Notes: a model not told the origin generated them from the sequence alone. 64,000 nucleotides of DNA from Patescibacteria group bacterium (GCA_041651155.1 JBAZJU010000003.1:19789-83788), one strand, 5' to 3'; positions 9,563 to 19,721 are shown, counted from the stretch's first letter. A program made the numbers and translations.

Positions 9563-10966
9563 ATGACAAAATCTAAAATTTGCACAATTTTATTATTTTT
9601 AAGTTTACTTTTATCCCCTATTTTAGCCGTAAACCCAGCTTTAGCTTTTGATTTTGATCCTAATGATATTATTTCTGATGGGGATTTACAGGATTATAGC
9701 ACCATGGATATGAATGCGATCCAGGATTTTTTAAATAATCAAAAAGGTATTTTAAAAACATACAACACAAATGATAATTTTGGCATTACCAGATCAGCAG
9801 CTGAAATTATTTATAATGCAGCCCAGACATATAAAATTAATCCTAAATGGATTTTAGCTACCTTGCAAAAAGAACAAAGCTTAGTAACTAACCCAACGCC
9901 TAAGCAGCGCGATTTAGATTGGGCCATGGGCTATGCGGTTTGTGATTCCTGCTCAACCGATGATCCCCAGATTGCTATGTTTAAAGGCTTTGGCACGCAG
10001 GTTGATCGCGCTACCTATCGCATCAGATATTATTATGATCATCCCAATGAATTTAATTATAAGATTGGGCAGCAATGCACAATAGATGGCCAAAATGTTT
10101 CTCCTTATAGCCAGGCCACTGCCAATTTGTATATTTACACTCCTCATTTGAAAGGCAATTATAATTTTTGGAATATCTGGAATCGCTGGTTTTCTAAAAT
10201 TTATCCGGATGGCACATTAATTCAGCAAACAGGCAGTGATAAAGTTTGGTTAATTGCCGGTGGCAAGCGCCGTGAATTTTGGTCAAAATCTGCGTTAGCA
10301 AGCCGTTTCGGCACTAATAGAATTACTGAGGTTTCTAAAAATGATTTGCAAAGATATGAAATCGGCTATCCGATTAAATATGCCAATTATTCGCTGTTGA
10401 AATCACCGGCTGGCAAAATCTACCTGATTGTTAATAATGAAAAAAAGGAAATTGAATCAGCTGAAGTTTTTCGCGAAATTGGTTATAATGAAGATGAGGT
10501 GATTGAGGTGACAGATGAAGAATTGTCATATTATGCTGATGGCCGCCAAATTACTTTAAATAGCCTTTATCCGCAAGGCGCATTGCTTCAAGATAAAAAT
10601 ACAGGCGGAGTTTATTATGTTGAAGACGGCATTAAATATCCGATCTGGTCAAAAGAAATTTTAGCTATAAATTATAATAAGAGTTATAAGGTCACTAAAG
10701 TCAGTCCTGAAGAACTGGATAAATATGTGACAGCAGCAAATGGCGTTAAATTGAGAGACGGCACGCTTGTAAAATTACCCGCAGAAAATAAAGTTTATGT
10801 GATTTCCAATGGCCAGCGACGCTGGATTAGCAATGAAAATACTTTTAATCAATTGGGTTATACCTGGTCAGAAGTTATAACAGTCAATGACAAAGTCTTT
10901 AGCTTGCATCCACAGGGAGAAGATCTTGATCTCTTGGTAGGCAATACCAAAATAGCAACTAATTAA
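9563..10966 (+). CDS. Secreted protein with four approx 55-aa C-terminal repeats (KxYLIxxGxRRxIxSxxxFxxLGY...V core)
   Basis: 467 aa. Signal peptide MTKSKICTILLFLSLLLSPILAVNPALA. Internal repeats visible by eye (KVWLIAGGKRREF..., KIYLIVNNEKKEI..., GVYYVEDGIKYPI..., KVYVISNGQRRWI...). Confidence 0.5.
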   Translation: MTKSKICTILLFLSLLLSPILAVNPALAFDFDPNDIISDGDLQDYSTMDMNAIQDFLNNQKGILKTYNTNDNFGITRSAAEIIYNAAQTYKINPKWILATLQKEQSLVTNPTPKQRDLDWAMGYAVCDSCSTDDPQIAMFKGFGTQVDRATYRIRYYYDHPNEFNYKIGQQCTIDGQNVSPYSQATANLYIYTPHLKGNYNFWNIWNRWFSKIYPDGTLIQQTGSDKVWLIAGGKRREFWSKSALASRFGTNRITEVSKNDLQRYEIGYPIKYANYSLLKSPAGKIYLIVNNEKKEIESAEVFREIGYNEDEVIEVTDEELSYYADGRQITLNSLYPQGALLQDKNTGGVYYVEDGIKYPIWSKEILAINYNKSYKVTKVSPEELDKYVTAANGVKLRDGTLVKLPAENKVYVISNGQRRWISNENTFNQLGYTWSEVITVNDKVFSLHPQGEDLDLLVGNTKIATN

Positions 10967-11134
10967 TAACCAACCTTTGTTGGCCATAGCCAACTACGGT
11001 TGGCGAAGGCCAATAATCAAATCCCAAATACCAAATAAATTGCAAAATTACAAATCGCAAATTGTTAAGATTTTGGTATTTAGCGCTTGAGATTTATTTG
11101 TAATTTGATATTTGGCATTTGTAATTTTAAAAGT

Positions 11135-11923
11135 ATGATTGTTTTTAGCGCGATTTGTCCCCATCCGCCAATTCTCATTCCTAATATCGGCAAGGACAAT
11201 TTGGATAAAATTAAAGATACGGCCAAGGCCTTAAAAGATTTGGAAAAAGATTTATATGCTGCCAAGCCTGATGTTATTTTGATTATCTCGCCTCATGGAG
11301 AAATAATTCCTGATGCCTTTTCCATAAATTTAAATTCAAGTTATTACCTTGATTTTGAGGAGTTCGGTGATTTTACCACTAAGGCAGAATTTAAAAGCAG
11401 CCCGAGGCTAGTTTTACAATTAAAAGAAAGGGTTGAAAATCAATTTCCTCTGATATTATCAAGTATGAATAAATTAGATCATGGCGCAGGCGTGCCGCTT
11501 TTTTATCTGACTAAGCATCTTAAAAATATTGAAATTATCCCCTTATCTTATAGCCTGCTTGATTATGACAAGCATTTCCAATTTGGCCAGCTTTTGAAAA
11601 AAGAGCTTGTCAAAAGCGACAAACGCGTGGCAATTATTGCTTCCGGTGATATGTCCCATGTTTTAACCAAAGACGCTCCTGCCGGCTATTCACCCAAAGG
11701 AGCTGAATTTGATGCCAAGCTTGTTAACCTGTTGAAACGCAAGGATATGCGCGGTATTTTAAATCTTGACCATAAATTGATTGAGGAGGCGGCAGAATGC
11801 GGTCTGCGTTCATTTTTAATCTTATTGGGAATTATTGAAGAATATAAATATGATGTTGAAGTCTTGTCTTATGAAGGGCCTTTTGGCGTGGGTTATCTAG
11901 TGGCAAATTTTAAGTTGGTGTAA
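11135..11923 (+). CDS. LigB/Memo-superfamily protein (class III extradiol-dioxygenase fold); candidate AmmeMemoRadiSam component B
   Basis: Motifs ISPHGE and ASGDMSHVL resemble LigB/DODA (xSAHW, ASGNVVHNL) and Memo (APHAGY, SSDFCHWG) signatures. The adjacent AMMECR1 gene supports the Amr system. Start moved to the ATG at 11135 (MIVFSAICPHPP). Confidence 0.55.
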   Translation: MIVFSAICPHPPILIPNIGKDNLDKIKDTAKALKDLEKDLYAAKPDVILIISPHGEIIPDAFSINLNSSYYLDFEEFGDFTTKAEFKSSPRLVLQLKERVENQFPLILSSMNKLDHGAGVPLFYLTKHLKNIEIIPLSYSLLDYDKHFQFGQLLKKELVKSDKRVAIIASGDMSHVLTKDAPAGYSPKGAEFDAKLVNLLKRKDMRGILNLDHKLIEEAAECGLRSFLILLGIIEEYKYDVEVLSYEGPFGVGYLVANFKLV

Positions 11924-12030
11924 TTTATAAAAAATAATTTTGTCTTCACGACCGAAGGAGCGATTGGCCAATCGCTCCTTCGTTTATTTGGGAGTAAAAA
12001 AAGAACTCTCTGCGGAGAGTTCTGTAAGTT

Positions 12031-12570
12031 TTAAGATGACGAATAAATCGCTTTGCACTTGGGTTTGAGTTTATCGGCTATGACCGAAAGCTCAAGCATT
12101 TCTTCAAGCGAAAATTTTTTAGGATTCAGATCAGAAAGCATGTATTCGATGGACTTGGCAAATTGCTCTCGAAAAAATGTTTTCAGGTTTTCAATCGCGT
12201 CTGGTGGTTTGGAGGCAAACTTTGTTTCTGCTAGGACCACATAAACACTCGCCGTGATTTGATATCCAAGTTTATTAATTATTAATTCTATCGCTTGTTT
12301 GCAATAGAAATAATAAGCATTTCTTTGATTGCCGATATCCCGGTCTATCTTATTAAAAATTTCCAGGATACCCCGCATTAGCGCTAGCGGATCTTTGCTG
12401 GCAATCAAAGGCCTCATTATCTGTCTGACTTTTGCTTGCTTTTCTTGCTGGTTTTTCTCCCTGGTTGCTAATTCCTCTAAATGTTCCTTGGTGTAGGTGG
12501 TGGTGCCCTCTCTTCCATCTGGGCTTATTAATTTTACTTTACCTATTACTTTTTGATCAGATCCAGCCAT
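12031..12570 (-). CDS. Hypothetical protein (179 aa)
   Basis: ORF flanked by a terminator hairpin (AAAAAAAGAACTCTCTGCGGAGAGTTCT). No family recognised. Confidence 0.4.
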   Translation of the reverse strand: MAGSDQKVIGKVKLISPDGREGTTTYTKEHLEELATREKNQQEKQAKVRQIMRPLIASKDPLALMRGILEIFNKIDRDIGNQRNAYYFYCKQAIELIINKLGYQITASVYVVLAETKFASKPPDAIENLKTFFREQFAKSIEYMLSDLNPKKFSLEEMLELSVIADKLKPKCKAIYSSS

Positions 12571-12681
12571 TTTTTCCTCCTTTGGCTATTTATTTTTTTT
12601 AACTTTATCTTAGCTTAACACGGTAATTTTGTCTCGTCAATTTCAATTGAATTTTAAAGATTTTAATGATAAAATTTGATT

Positions 12682-13197
12682 ATGGATCCCTATATTCAAT
12701 TAGCGCAACAAACTATTTTTAATCATTTTGGCGTAAAGCAAGCCGATTTAGAATCTTTGAATTTGCCTAAAGAAATGTTAACCAAAAAAGCAGGAGTTTT
12801 TGTGACTTTATACCGCCATGGCAAATTGCGCGGTTGTATTGGCACATTAGAGCCAACTAAAAAAAATATTGCAGAGGAAATTAAACAAAACGCAATTTGG
12901 TCAGCTACAGAAGATCCCCGCTTTGAACCTGTAATAGCCAAAGAATTAGAGGATTTAAATATTTCTGTTGATGTTTTAAATCCCTCGGTTGCAATTAAGG
13001 ATATAAAAGAATTAAACCCTAAAAAATATGGCGTTATTGTGGAAGCAGGCAGAAAAAAAGGGTTGCTTTTGCCTGATTTGGAAGGAGTTGAAACAGTTGA
13101 CGAGCAAATAAGTATTGCTTGCGAAAAAGCCGGCATTGATCCTGCAAAAGAAAATTTTTTAGTATATAAATTTACAGTTACCAGACATGAAGCCTAA
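12682..13197 (+). CDS. AMMECR1-domain protein (AmmeMemoRadiSam system protein A)
   Basis: Hallmark LRGCIG motif plus surrounding AMMECR1-like sequence. The ATG at 12682 is preferred over the upstream TTG. Confidence 0.75.
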   Translation: MDPYIQLAQQTIFNHFGVKQADLESLNLPKEMLTKKAGVFVTLYRHGKLRGCIGTLEPTKKNIAEEIKQNAIWSATEDPRFEPVIAKELEDLNISVDVLNPSVAIKDIKELNPKKYGVIVEAGRKKGLLLPDLEGVETVDEQISIACEKAGIDPAKENFLVYKFTVTRHEA

Positions 13198-15094
13198 AAT
13201 AGCTCAAATAATACCATTTGTCCGCTTAACAAGAAGCTTGAATTTTTTTGACTATATTATCCCGGAGGAGCTACGGTCAGAAATAAAAGTCGGACAATTA
13301 GTAGAAATCCCCTTTAGAAACAAGATGGTTAAAGGGGTTATTTTAGGTTTAGCAGAAAGTTCAAAGTATGAAAGTATAAAGTTAAAACAGATTTCTAAAA
13401 TAGTTGAACCTATTCCCCTTTTGGCCACTTGGCAAATTACTTTAATTAAAGATTTATCGCAATATTATTTTGTTTCCATGGCTACTATTTTGAAAATGCT
13501 GATTCCTGAAATTCCTAAAAAAGTAAGATTAAGTCGTAAGAAAATTTTACAAGAATTAAATTTTTTATCTGCGCCAAAATCAGAAATTGCGCTTGAACAA
13601 TTTTATAATTCTGCCAAACCAATTTTGTTACGCTGTTATAAATTTGAGGATAAAATTGGAGCTTATCTTGCTTTGATTAAAAAGGTTTTAAAACAAGATA
13701 AGCAGATTGTAATTATTGCGCCGACCCTAAACGAACTAAATAAAATTTATCAATATTTGGGTGATTTTAAAGAAGAAGTTTCCGTGTTTTTAAATGATTT
13801 GCCAAAAAACAAATATTATTATGAATGGCTGAGGATTAAAAATAGCCAGGCAAAAATTATTTTAGGCACGCGCAGCGCAATTTTTGCGCCATTTAAAAAT
13901 TTAGACTTAATTATTATTGACGAAGAAGATAATGAAAATCACAAGCAGGAAGAGCCTAATCCGCGTTATAATGTAAAAACAATTGCCTTAAAATTACAGA
14001 AACTAATTATAGCAAAAGTCATTTTTACTGCCAGAACCCCATCAATGGCTAGTTTGCATAACGTCGCTCTTAAAGAATGGCAATTTTATGAAATCAATAA
14101 GCCAAAAGACTGGCCAAAAATAAAAATAATAGACCGACAGATTGAATTTAAAAAAGGTAATTATTCTATATTTAGCGAGGAACTTTTAAAATGCATTGAG
14201 TATAATCTAAAGCGCGCTCAAAGAATATTTTTATTTTTAAATCGTAAAGGTTTAGCCACGGTTTTGTCCTGCAAAGATTGCGGATATTTGGCAAACTGCC
14301 CCACATGCAAACTGCCTTTGACTTGCCAGGTTAGCAAAGAATTAGTCTGCCATCACTGCAATTATAAACAAGATATTTTTCTATTTTGTCCGCAGTGCAA
14401 AAGCCCAAATATAAAAATTACTGGGACTGGCACAGCCAAGGTGGAATTAGAGATAAGTAAATTGTTTCCCCAAGCCAGAGTTTTAAAACTAGACATTGAC
14501 AGCCCTTTGAATAATAAAAAGATTGCTGATTATGATATTATTATTGGCACCCAATATGCCTTTGATTATTTAAATTGGAAGGAAATAAATTTAGCCTGCG
14601 CTTTAAATGCAGATACGTTGCTTTATTTGCCAGATTATCGCAGTGCTGAAAAAACATTTAATCTTTTAGCTGGACTGGCAATATCTATGGCAGATCCCAA
14701 AAAAGAATTTTTGGTTCAGACTTTCTCAGCAGATAATTATATTTTTTATGACTTGCCTGCGCTTGATTATAAAACATTTTATAAAAAAGAAATTACTGAA
14801 CGCCAAGATTTACATTATCCGCCTGTGGCAAAGCTAGTAAAATTAATTTACCAAAGCATTGAATTTAACGGCGGCCAAGCAGAAATAAATAAAGTCTATA
14901 GAGAATTAGTTTCAAAAGTTGATATAAATAAAGTTATTATTAATCCCCCGCTTTTAGCTTATACTCAGCAGGTTCGCGGCCGTTTTCGCTGGCAAATTAT
15001 TATTAAGCTATTAGAGCTGGATCTGAAATTAGATTTTTTGAATGATTTGCCTGAGGATGTGATAATTGATGTTGAACCGGAAAATCTGCTATAA
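13187..15094 (+). CDS. PriA-like primosomal/replication-restart helicase homolog with CxxC zinc-binding insert but degenerate Walker A and DEAH motifs
   Basis: 635 aa. Paired CxxC motifs (CKDCGYLANCPTCK, CHHCNY, CPQCK) are typical of PriA. No GxxGxGKT P-loop found. DEAH replaced by DEEDNE. Confidence 0.5.
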   Translation: MKPKIAQIIPFVRLTRSLNFFDYIIPEELRSEIKVGQLVEIPFRNKMVKGVILGLAESSKYESIKLKQISKIVEPIPLLATWQITLIKDLSQYYFVSMATILKMLIPEIPKKVRLSRKKILQELNFLSAPKSEIALEQFYNSAKPILLRCYKFEDKIGAYLALIKKVLKQDKQIVIIAPTLNELNKIYQYLGDFKEEVSVFLNDLPKNKYYYEWLRIKNSQAKIILGTRSAIFAPFKNLDLIIIDEEDNENHKQEEPNPRYNVKTIALKLQKLIIAKVIFTARTPSMASLHNVALKEWQFYEINKPKDWPKIKIIDRQIEFKKGNYSIFSEELLKCIEYNLKRAQRIFLFLNRKGLATVLSCKDCGYLANCPTCKLPLTCQVSKELVCHHCNYKQDIFLFCPQCKSPNIKITGTGTAKVELEISKLFPQARVLKLDIDSPLNNKKIADYDIIIGTQYAFDYLNWKEINLACALNADTLLYLPDYRSAEKTFNLLAGLAISMADPKKEFLVQTFSADNYIFYDLPALDYKTFYKKEITERQDLHYPPVAKLVKLIYQSIEFNGGQAEINKVYRELVSKVDINKVIINPPLLAYTQQVRGRFRWQIIIKLLELDLKLDFLNDLPEDVIIDVEPENLL

Positions 15095-15123
15095 AAAAAA
15101 CCCGTTTTGGAAAACGGGTTTTG
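15093..15123. terminator. Bidirectional intrinsic terminator (A8-CCCGTTTTGGAAAACGGG-T4)
   Basis: Perfect hairpin flanked by A and T tracts between convergent genes. Confidence 0.55.
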
Positions 15124-15134
15124 GCTGTATTTTT

Positions 15135-15668
15135 TTAGGCAGCGTTTTTTTGATGTTTTTGCTTGATGTGCATATGTTTGTGATCTTCAAAAAAATGTAT
15201 TTCTGCAATTCTCTTGATGTCATTGGCCATGGTAAATTTTGTAGCCCAAACCTCAACCGTTTTGCCTTCTCCCAGACAGGCGCGTACAAGAGGTTCATAA
15301 TCAGAGTCGCCCGAGACCAAGATTAAATGATCAAATTCATTCTTGTATAAATGCCCGGCCATTTTTACAGAAATATAATTGTCAGTCCTGCTTTTGCCGG
15401 TTTTTTCAATCGGGCAAGCAGGCGCGTAACTTTTATACGGTGTAAAAATTATTTCAAAGTTTAATTCCTCCTCCAAAAAATGAAGGAAATCGTTTTTTTG
15501 AGGAGCATTACGCGGTGCATCGTAAAAAACATAGGCCATGACAATTTCCTTTTTATTGCCTTTGCCATGTGAAATATGCTTTAAAAATGCTTTTAAATCA
15601 ATATTATGGCCAATGGCTCTGGTCATGCCAGAAAAATTAGGCATGTCAATCGCTATTGCTAGCCTCAT
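15135..15668 (-). CDS. NYN/LabA-like (PIN-related) domain protein
   Basis: 177 aa. LVSGDSDYEPLV motif characteristic of the NYN/LabA nuclease fold. Confidence 0.55.
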   Translation of the reverse strand: MRLAIAIDMPNFSGMTRAIGHNIDLKAFLKHISHGKGNKKEIVMAYVFYDAPRNAPQKNDFLHFLEEELNFEIIFTPYKSYAPACPIEKTGKSRTDNYISVKMAGHLYKNEFDHLILVSGDSDYEPLVRACLGEGKTVEVWATKFTMANDIKRIAEIHFFEDHKHMHIKQKHQKNAA

Positions 15669-15749
15669 CTTCGTCTCCTTTCACCCTTGAAATTTTCTCC
15701 TATCTATGCTAGAATAGAGAATATTCAATCTTACTATATTTTTTTATTT

Positions 15750-16205
15750 ATGTCAAGCCTTAAGCTAATCAAAGTGCCGAATCCAATTTTACGGCAAAAA
15801 GCCCAAGAAATTAATAAAATTACACCTGCAATCAAGCAGCTTATTTTAGATATGGGGCAATCAATGAAAGAAAATAAGGGTGTTGGCTTGGCTGCGCCAC
15901 AAATCGGCCAAAGCATACGTTTATGTGTAATTAGCACAGAACAAGGGCCATTAGCTCTAATTAATCCACAAATAACCCGGAAATCTTTGAGAAAAGAAGC
16001 TGAAGAAGAAGGTTGTTTAAGTTGTCCGGGTGTCTGGGGCTTGGTTAAACGCTCTAAGGTTATTTATGTTAAAGCTTTAAACCAAGACGGCAAGGACATT
16101 AAATTCAGGGCTGAAGGCTTATTTGCCCGTGTTATTCAACATGAAGTTGATCATTTGGCTGGTGTTTTGATAATTGATAAATTTGAAAATAAAAAAAAGA
16201 GGTAA
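15750..16205 (+). CDS. def: Peptide deformylase
   Basis: Motifs GVGLAAPQIG, EGCLS and HEVDHLAG (metal ligands) are classic Def motifs. Start set at MSSLKLIKVPNP (15750). Promoter TTGAAA-17-TAGAAT at 15688-15716. Confidence 0.8.
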   Translation: MSSLKLIKVPNPILRQKAQEINKITPAIKQLILDMGQSMKENKGVGLAAPQIGQSIRLCVISTEQGPLALINPQITRKSLRKEAEEEGCLSCPGVWGLVKRSKVIYVKALNQDGKDIKFRAEGLFARVIQHEVDHLAGVLIIDKFENKKKR

Positions 16206-16238
16206 TCAAATACGATCACCTCATTGTTTAAACTCCTT

Positions 16239-16340
16239 TTAGCCAAACATCATGTCGTGCCATTCTTTTTTTGCTTTGTAGCGCCAGAGGACTAAAAGTC
16301 CAATAATAATAAATGCTACGGCTAAGATTCCCAAAATCAT
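16239..16340 (-). CDS. Small hydrophobic protein (33 aa, single TM) with strong RBS
   Basis: MILGILAVAFIIIGLLVLWRYKAKKEWHDMMFG, with AAAAAGGAGGGTAAA before the ATG. Below the ORF-track size cutoff. Confidence 0.3.
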   Translation of the reverse strand: MILGILAVAFIIIGLLVLWRYKAKKEWHDMMFG

Positions 16341-16390
16341 TTTACCCTCCTTTTTAAAGCTATTTTAAACTTAGCATAATATTTAAATAA

Positions 16391-17338
16391 ATGTCAATAG
16401 ATTTAAAGAAAATTAAAGTAATTTTTATGGGTACGCCGGAGTTTAGCGCGCCTATTTTAAATGTTTTAATTGAAAATTATAATGTTATGGCTGTCGTAAC
16501 ACAGCCTGATAAAAAAGTCGGGCGTAAACAAATTTTAACAGCTTCTCCGATAAAACAAATTGCTTTGGCAAATCAGATTGATGTTTTACAACCAGATAAA
16601 ATAAAGGGTAATACAGGATTTATTCAAAAAGTAAAAGCATTAGAGCCTGATTTAATTATTATTGCTGCCTATGGTTTAATTTTGCCAAAAGAAATTTTAG
16701 ACATGCCTAAATATAAAGTAATTAATGTCCATGCTTCGCTTTTACCAAAATATCGCGGTGCTTCCCCTATTCAAGCAGCGATTTTAAATGGTGACAAAGA
16801 AACTGGCGTGACTATTATGTTGGTTAATGAAAAAATGGATGAAGGCGACATTTTAACTCAGGAAAAGGTCAAAATAATGCCTGAGGAAACTTCCGAATCT
16901 TTACATGCTAAACTTTCAGTCTTGGGTACAAAATTATTAATGGAAACTTTGCCTAAATGGTTAGATAAGGAAATTAGACCTCAAAAACAAGATGACAGCC
17001 AGGCAACTTATTGTAAATTAATTTCTAAAGAAGATGGCCAGATTAATTGGCAAAAATCTGCGCTTGAAATTGAGCGTCAGGTGCGGGCTTTAAATCCTTG
17101 GCCGGGAACCTGGGCTAATTGGAATTCTAAAAAATTGAAGATTTTAAAGTCAAAAATTTATGAAGTTGATAAGGCTGGCGAGGTTGGCGAGGTTTTTAAA
17201 CTTAATAATGGTCTGGGAGTTTATTGCGGTCAAAATGCTTTAGAAATTTTAGAACTTCAGCTGGAAGGTAAAAAGCCCATGACAGCCAAGGAATTTTTAA
17301 ATGGGTACCCGGGTATTATTGGCGCCACTTTAATTTAA
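16391..17338 (+). CDS. fmt: Methionyl-tRNA formyltransferase
   Basis: 315 aa. N-terminal formyltransferase domain (VIFMGTPEFS, NVHASLLPKYRGASPI) and C-terminal tRNA-binding domain. Confidence 0.9.
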   Translation: MSIDLKKIKVIFMGTPEFSAPILNVLIENYNVMAVVTQPDKKVGRKQILTASPIKQIALANQIDVLQPDKIKGNTGFIQKVKALEPDLIIIAAYGLILPKEILDMPKYKVINVHASLLPKYRGASPIQAAILNGDKETGVTIMLVNEKMDEGDILTQEKVKIMPEETSESLHAKLSVLGTKLLMETLPKWLDKEIRPQKQDDSQATYCKLISKEDGQINWQKSALEIERQVRALNPWPGTWANWNSKKLKILKSKIYEVDKAGEVGEVFKLNNGLGVYCGQNALEILELQLEGKKPMTAKEFLNGYPGIIGATLI

Positions 17339-17401
17339 CATTTTAATTAATATAAAACCGACTTCTGAAAGTCGGTTTTTATAGCGCAAATTTTCTCAAT
17401 T

Positions 17402-17872
17402 TTAGCGAGAAATATTTTTGCAGCTCTGGCATTTGTAAACATCACGTTTACCTTGTTTTGTGTCAATGGTTATTTTGCTTTTGACACGAGTAATTTGCCC
17501 ACAGTGTGGGCATGACCAGCCATAACCGCCTTCATACGCAGAAGGAATCTCATAATAATCAGGCAAATTCAATTGAACACTTATTCGGCTATTTGCCAAA
17601 CCCTTGCTTCCAGCTTCTTTTCCTGTGGTACGGTAGAAAGTTTTGCATTTTTTGCAACGCCTGATTTTTTTGCTGCCCTGAATAGTTTTTTTAATAAAAG
17701 GGTGGGAATCTTCAAAACTAGATTGGCAAGTTGGGCAGTTTACAGATAATGGAAAGTCATAAAAATCTGGCCGATAATTTTTTCCAGGCTTGCCAGCTTT
17801 CCTGTCAGCTGCCTTTTGACGGCGAATGTGGCGGCGCATTCCTTTGCTTAATGGGCTTTCAACAAACGGCAT
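17402..17872 (-). CDS. Hypothetical multi-zinc-ribbon protein (several CxxC pairs)
   Basis: 156 aa with CPTC, CKKC, CPHC and CQSC pairs. Basic composition. Confidence 0.4.
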   Translation of the reverse strand: MPFVESPLSKGMRRHIRRQKAADRKAGKPGKNYRPDFYDFPLSVNCPTCQSSFEDSHPFIKKTIQGSKKIRRCKKCKTFYRTTGKEAGSKGLANSRISVQLNLPDYYEIPSAYEGGYGWSCPHCGQITRVKSKITIDTKQGKRDVYKCQSCKNISR

Positions 17873-18085
17873 TTTTTCCTCCTTATAGAATTTTTAGGAG
17901 GCCCGGGGGACTTTTAGACCTTATTAAGGGAGCTAAATTACTCCAGGCCTCCTCTGCCGATGATACATTGGTATCTTAAATAGATTTTATAAAATTGTCA
18001 AGGCACGTCGTTCGCAAAACGACGTGCCAAGGAAATCAAAAACACCCCAACGTATGTTAGAGTGTTTTTGGTATCGTATAGATGA

Positions 18086-18274
18086 TTAAAATCTGCGAAA
18101 ACTTTTGCGTCTGTTTCTATTGCAATCTCTGCAATAAACTGGTCGGTCTGGAGATGGTTTGAATGGAAGTGAAGTAATATCAACACCACATTCAGCGCAT
18201 TTCAAACCCATATCAGTTACATCAAACATTGGTCTAGGAGCTTGGTTATCATCACGAAAATTAGAATAAGCCAT
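18086..18274 (-). CDS. Small zinc-ribbon protein (CxxC-x21-CxxC), basic C-terminus
   Basis: 62 aa with CAEC...CRDC. Structured GC-rich 5' UTR containing hairpins (ATCCGCGGTGCGGAT, CCTTGTAAACAAGG). Confidence 0.4.
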   Translation of the reverse strand: MAYSNFRDDNQAPRPMFDVTDMGLKCAECGVDITSLPFKPSPDRPVYCRDCNRNRRKSFRRF

Positions 18275-18473
18275 ATTTAGTTTAAGTCCCTTGTAAACAA
18301 GGTCGTTTAATTAATTATTTGGTTTTTGCCTAGTCGACTTATCCGCGGTGCGGATCCAAGGACTTAACTTTCTGACTTATCTCTAATTTAATTGATCTAA
18401 GTTTTTGAAGTTAAACTAACCAAAGTTTTAATAGTTCTAGTATACTCTATTTTAAAGTTTCTGTCAAGAAGCG

Positions 18474-19721
18474 CTATTCTGTTTCATAATGGGTAAGCTC
18501 TGGTTTATCCTGCATAGCTACTGATTTTCTAAAGCCTATTCTATCATGCGCTTGATCACCCAACCCCCACATTCGGCCACAAAAGACCGTATATTCGCCA
18601 AATTTATCATTTATTCGGTCTAGTGCTATGCTTAGATTTTTATCTTTTGCCTTGTAGAATAAGTTTAATTGGCCAGTTAGCGACTGGAGGCGGGTAACTG
18701 ACACAGCCAGCATGTAGACCTTGGTTTTGGGCGGATTTTGCAAAATAAGGCTGTAAGCAGCCTGAAATATTTCTTCAGTGGTAAATAAGGTTTCCGCTGT
18801 TTTATGGCTTTTAAAAAAGCCACCGCCGTATTTTAAACTATAGCCGCTGCAAATGCCCCGGGCTTCTAAGCCAGATTCTCTTAAACGCCGGCCGGTTTTT
18901 TCACAGAGTTTCATTAAAACAGCGCTAAGATATTTTAAATCATTGGTTTGTTTGGGAATACAGTATGAATGGCCAATTGATTTTGGTAAAATTTCCTCCT
19001 CTGTTCTCACTCCTTCAATTTCCACTCCATTAGCATTGGCCCAGAGATAATAACCTGGTTTGCCCAGAGCCTGCATTATATTAGCAACTGGGAAATTTTT
19101 TAAATCCAGCAAAGTATAAATGCCCAGCTGGTTTAAACGTCTTTCCATTCTTTGTTTAATGCCCCAGGCTTCAGTTATTTTAACCTGGGAAAATATTAGC
19201 TCCATTTTTTTAATAGAATCAATCAGCAAGTAATTATCTTTCTCGCAAATATCAGAACCAAATTTGGCCAAAAAGCGCGTCCAGGAAATTCCGATTGAGC
19301 AAGTTAGCCAATCTCCTACTTCTTTTTTAATCCTATTTTTAATTTCTGTGGCGATTTTTTCTACTTGCTGCCAATTTTTAATATAGCCTGTTAAATCCAA
19401 AAAAGCTTCGTCAATGCTATAAGGTTCAATCCGTTCAGTATAGTCGCTTAAGATTTTAAATATCTTTTCAGTAGTTGATCTATATTTGGCTGGTTCGTTT
19501 TCAACTAAAATAACTTTGGTATAAAGCTTTTTGGCTTCTGAAACCAGACAGCCGGTTTTAATGCCCACTTTTTTGGCTTCTTTGGATGAGGCAATAATAC
19601 AGCCCTTGGGACTCAAATACGCGCAGACACCAACAGGCTTTCCGCGATAAAAAGGATTGGCCTGCTGTTCAACAGAGGCAAAATAGGAATTCATATCAAT
19701 GTGGAGGATGAAATTGGCCAT
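18474..19721 (-). CDS. dinB: Y-family DNA polymerase IV (DinB)
   Basis: 415 aa. N-terminal HIDMNSYFASVEQ and SIDEAFLD motifs are typical of Y-family polymerases. Confidence 0.8.
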   Translation of the reverse strand: MANFILHIDMNSYFASVEQQANPFYRGKPVGVCAYLSPKGCIIASSKEAKKVGIKTGCLVSEAKKLYTKVILVENEPAKYRSTTEKIFKILSDYTERIEPYSIDEAFLDLTGYIKNWQQVEKIATEIKNRIKKEVGDWLTCSIGISWTRFLAKFGSDICEKDNYLLIDSIKKMELIFSQVKITEAWGIKQRMERRLNQLGIYTLLDLKNFPVANIMQALGKPGYYLWANANGVEIEGVRTEEEILPKSIGHSYCIPKQTNDLKYLSAVLMKLCEKTGRRLRESGLEARGICSGYSLKYGGGFFKSHKTAETLFTTEEIFQAAYSLILQNPPKTKVYMLAVSVTRLQSLTGQLNLFYKAKDKNLSIALDRINDKFGEYTVFCGRMWGLGDQAHDRIGFRKSVAMQDKPELTHYETE

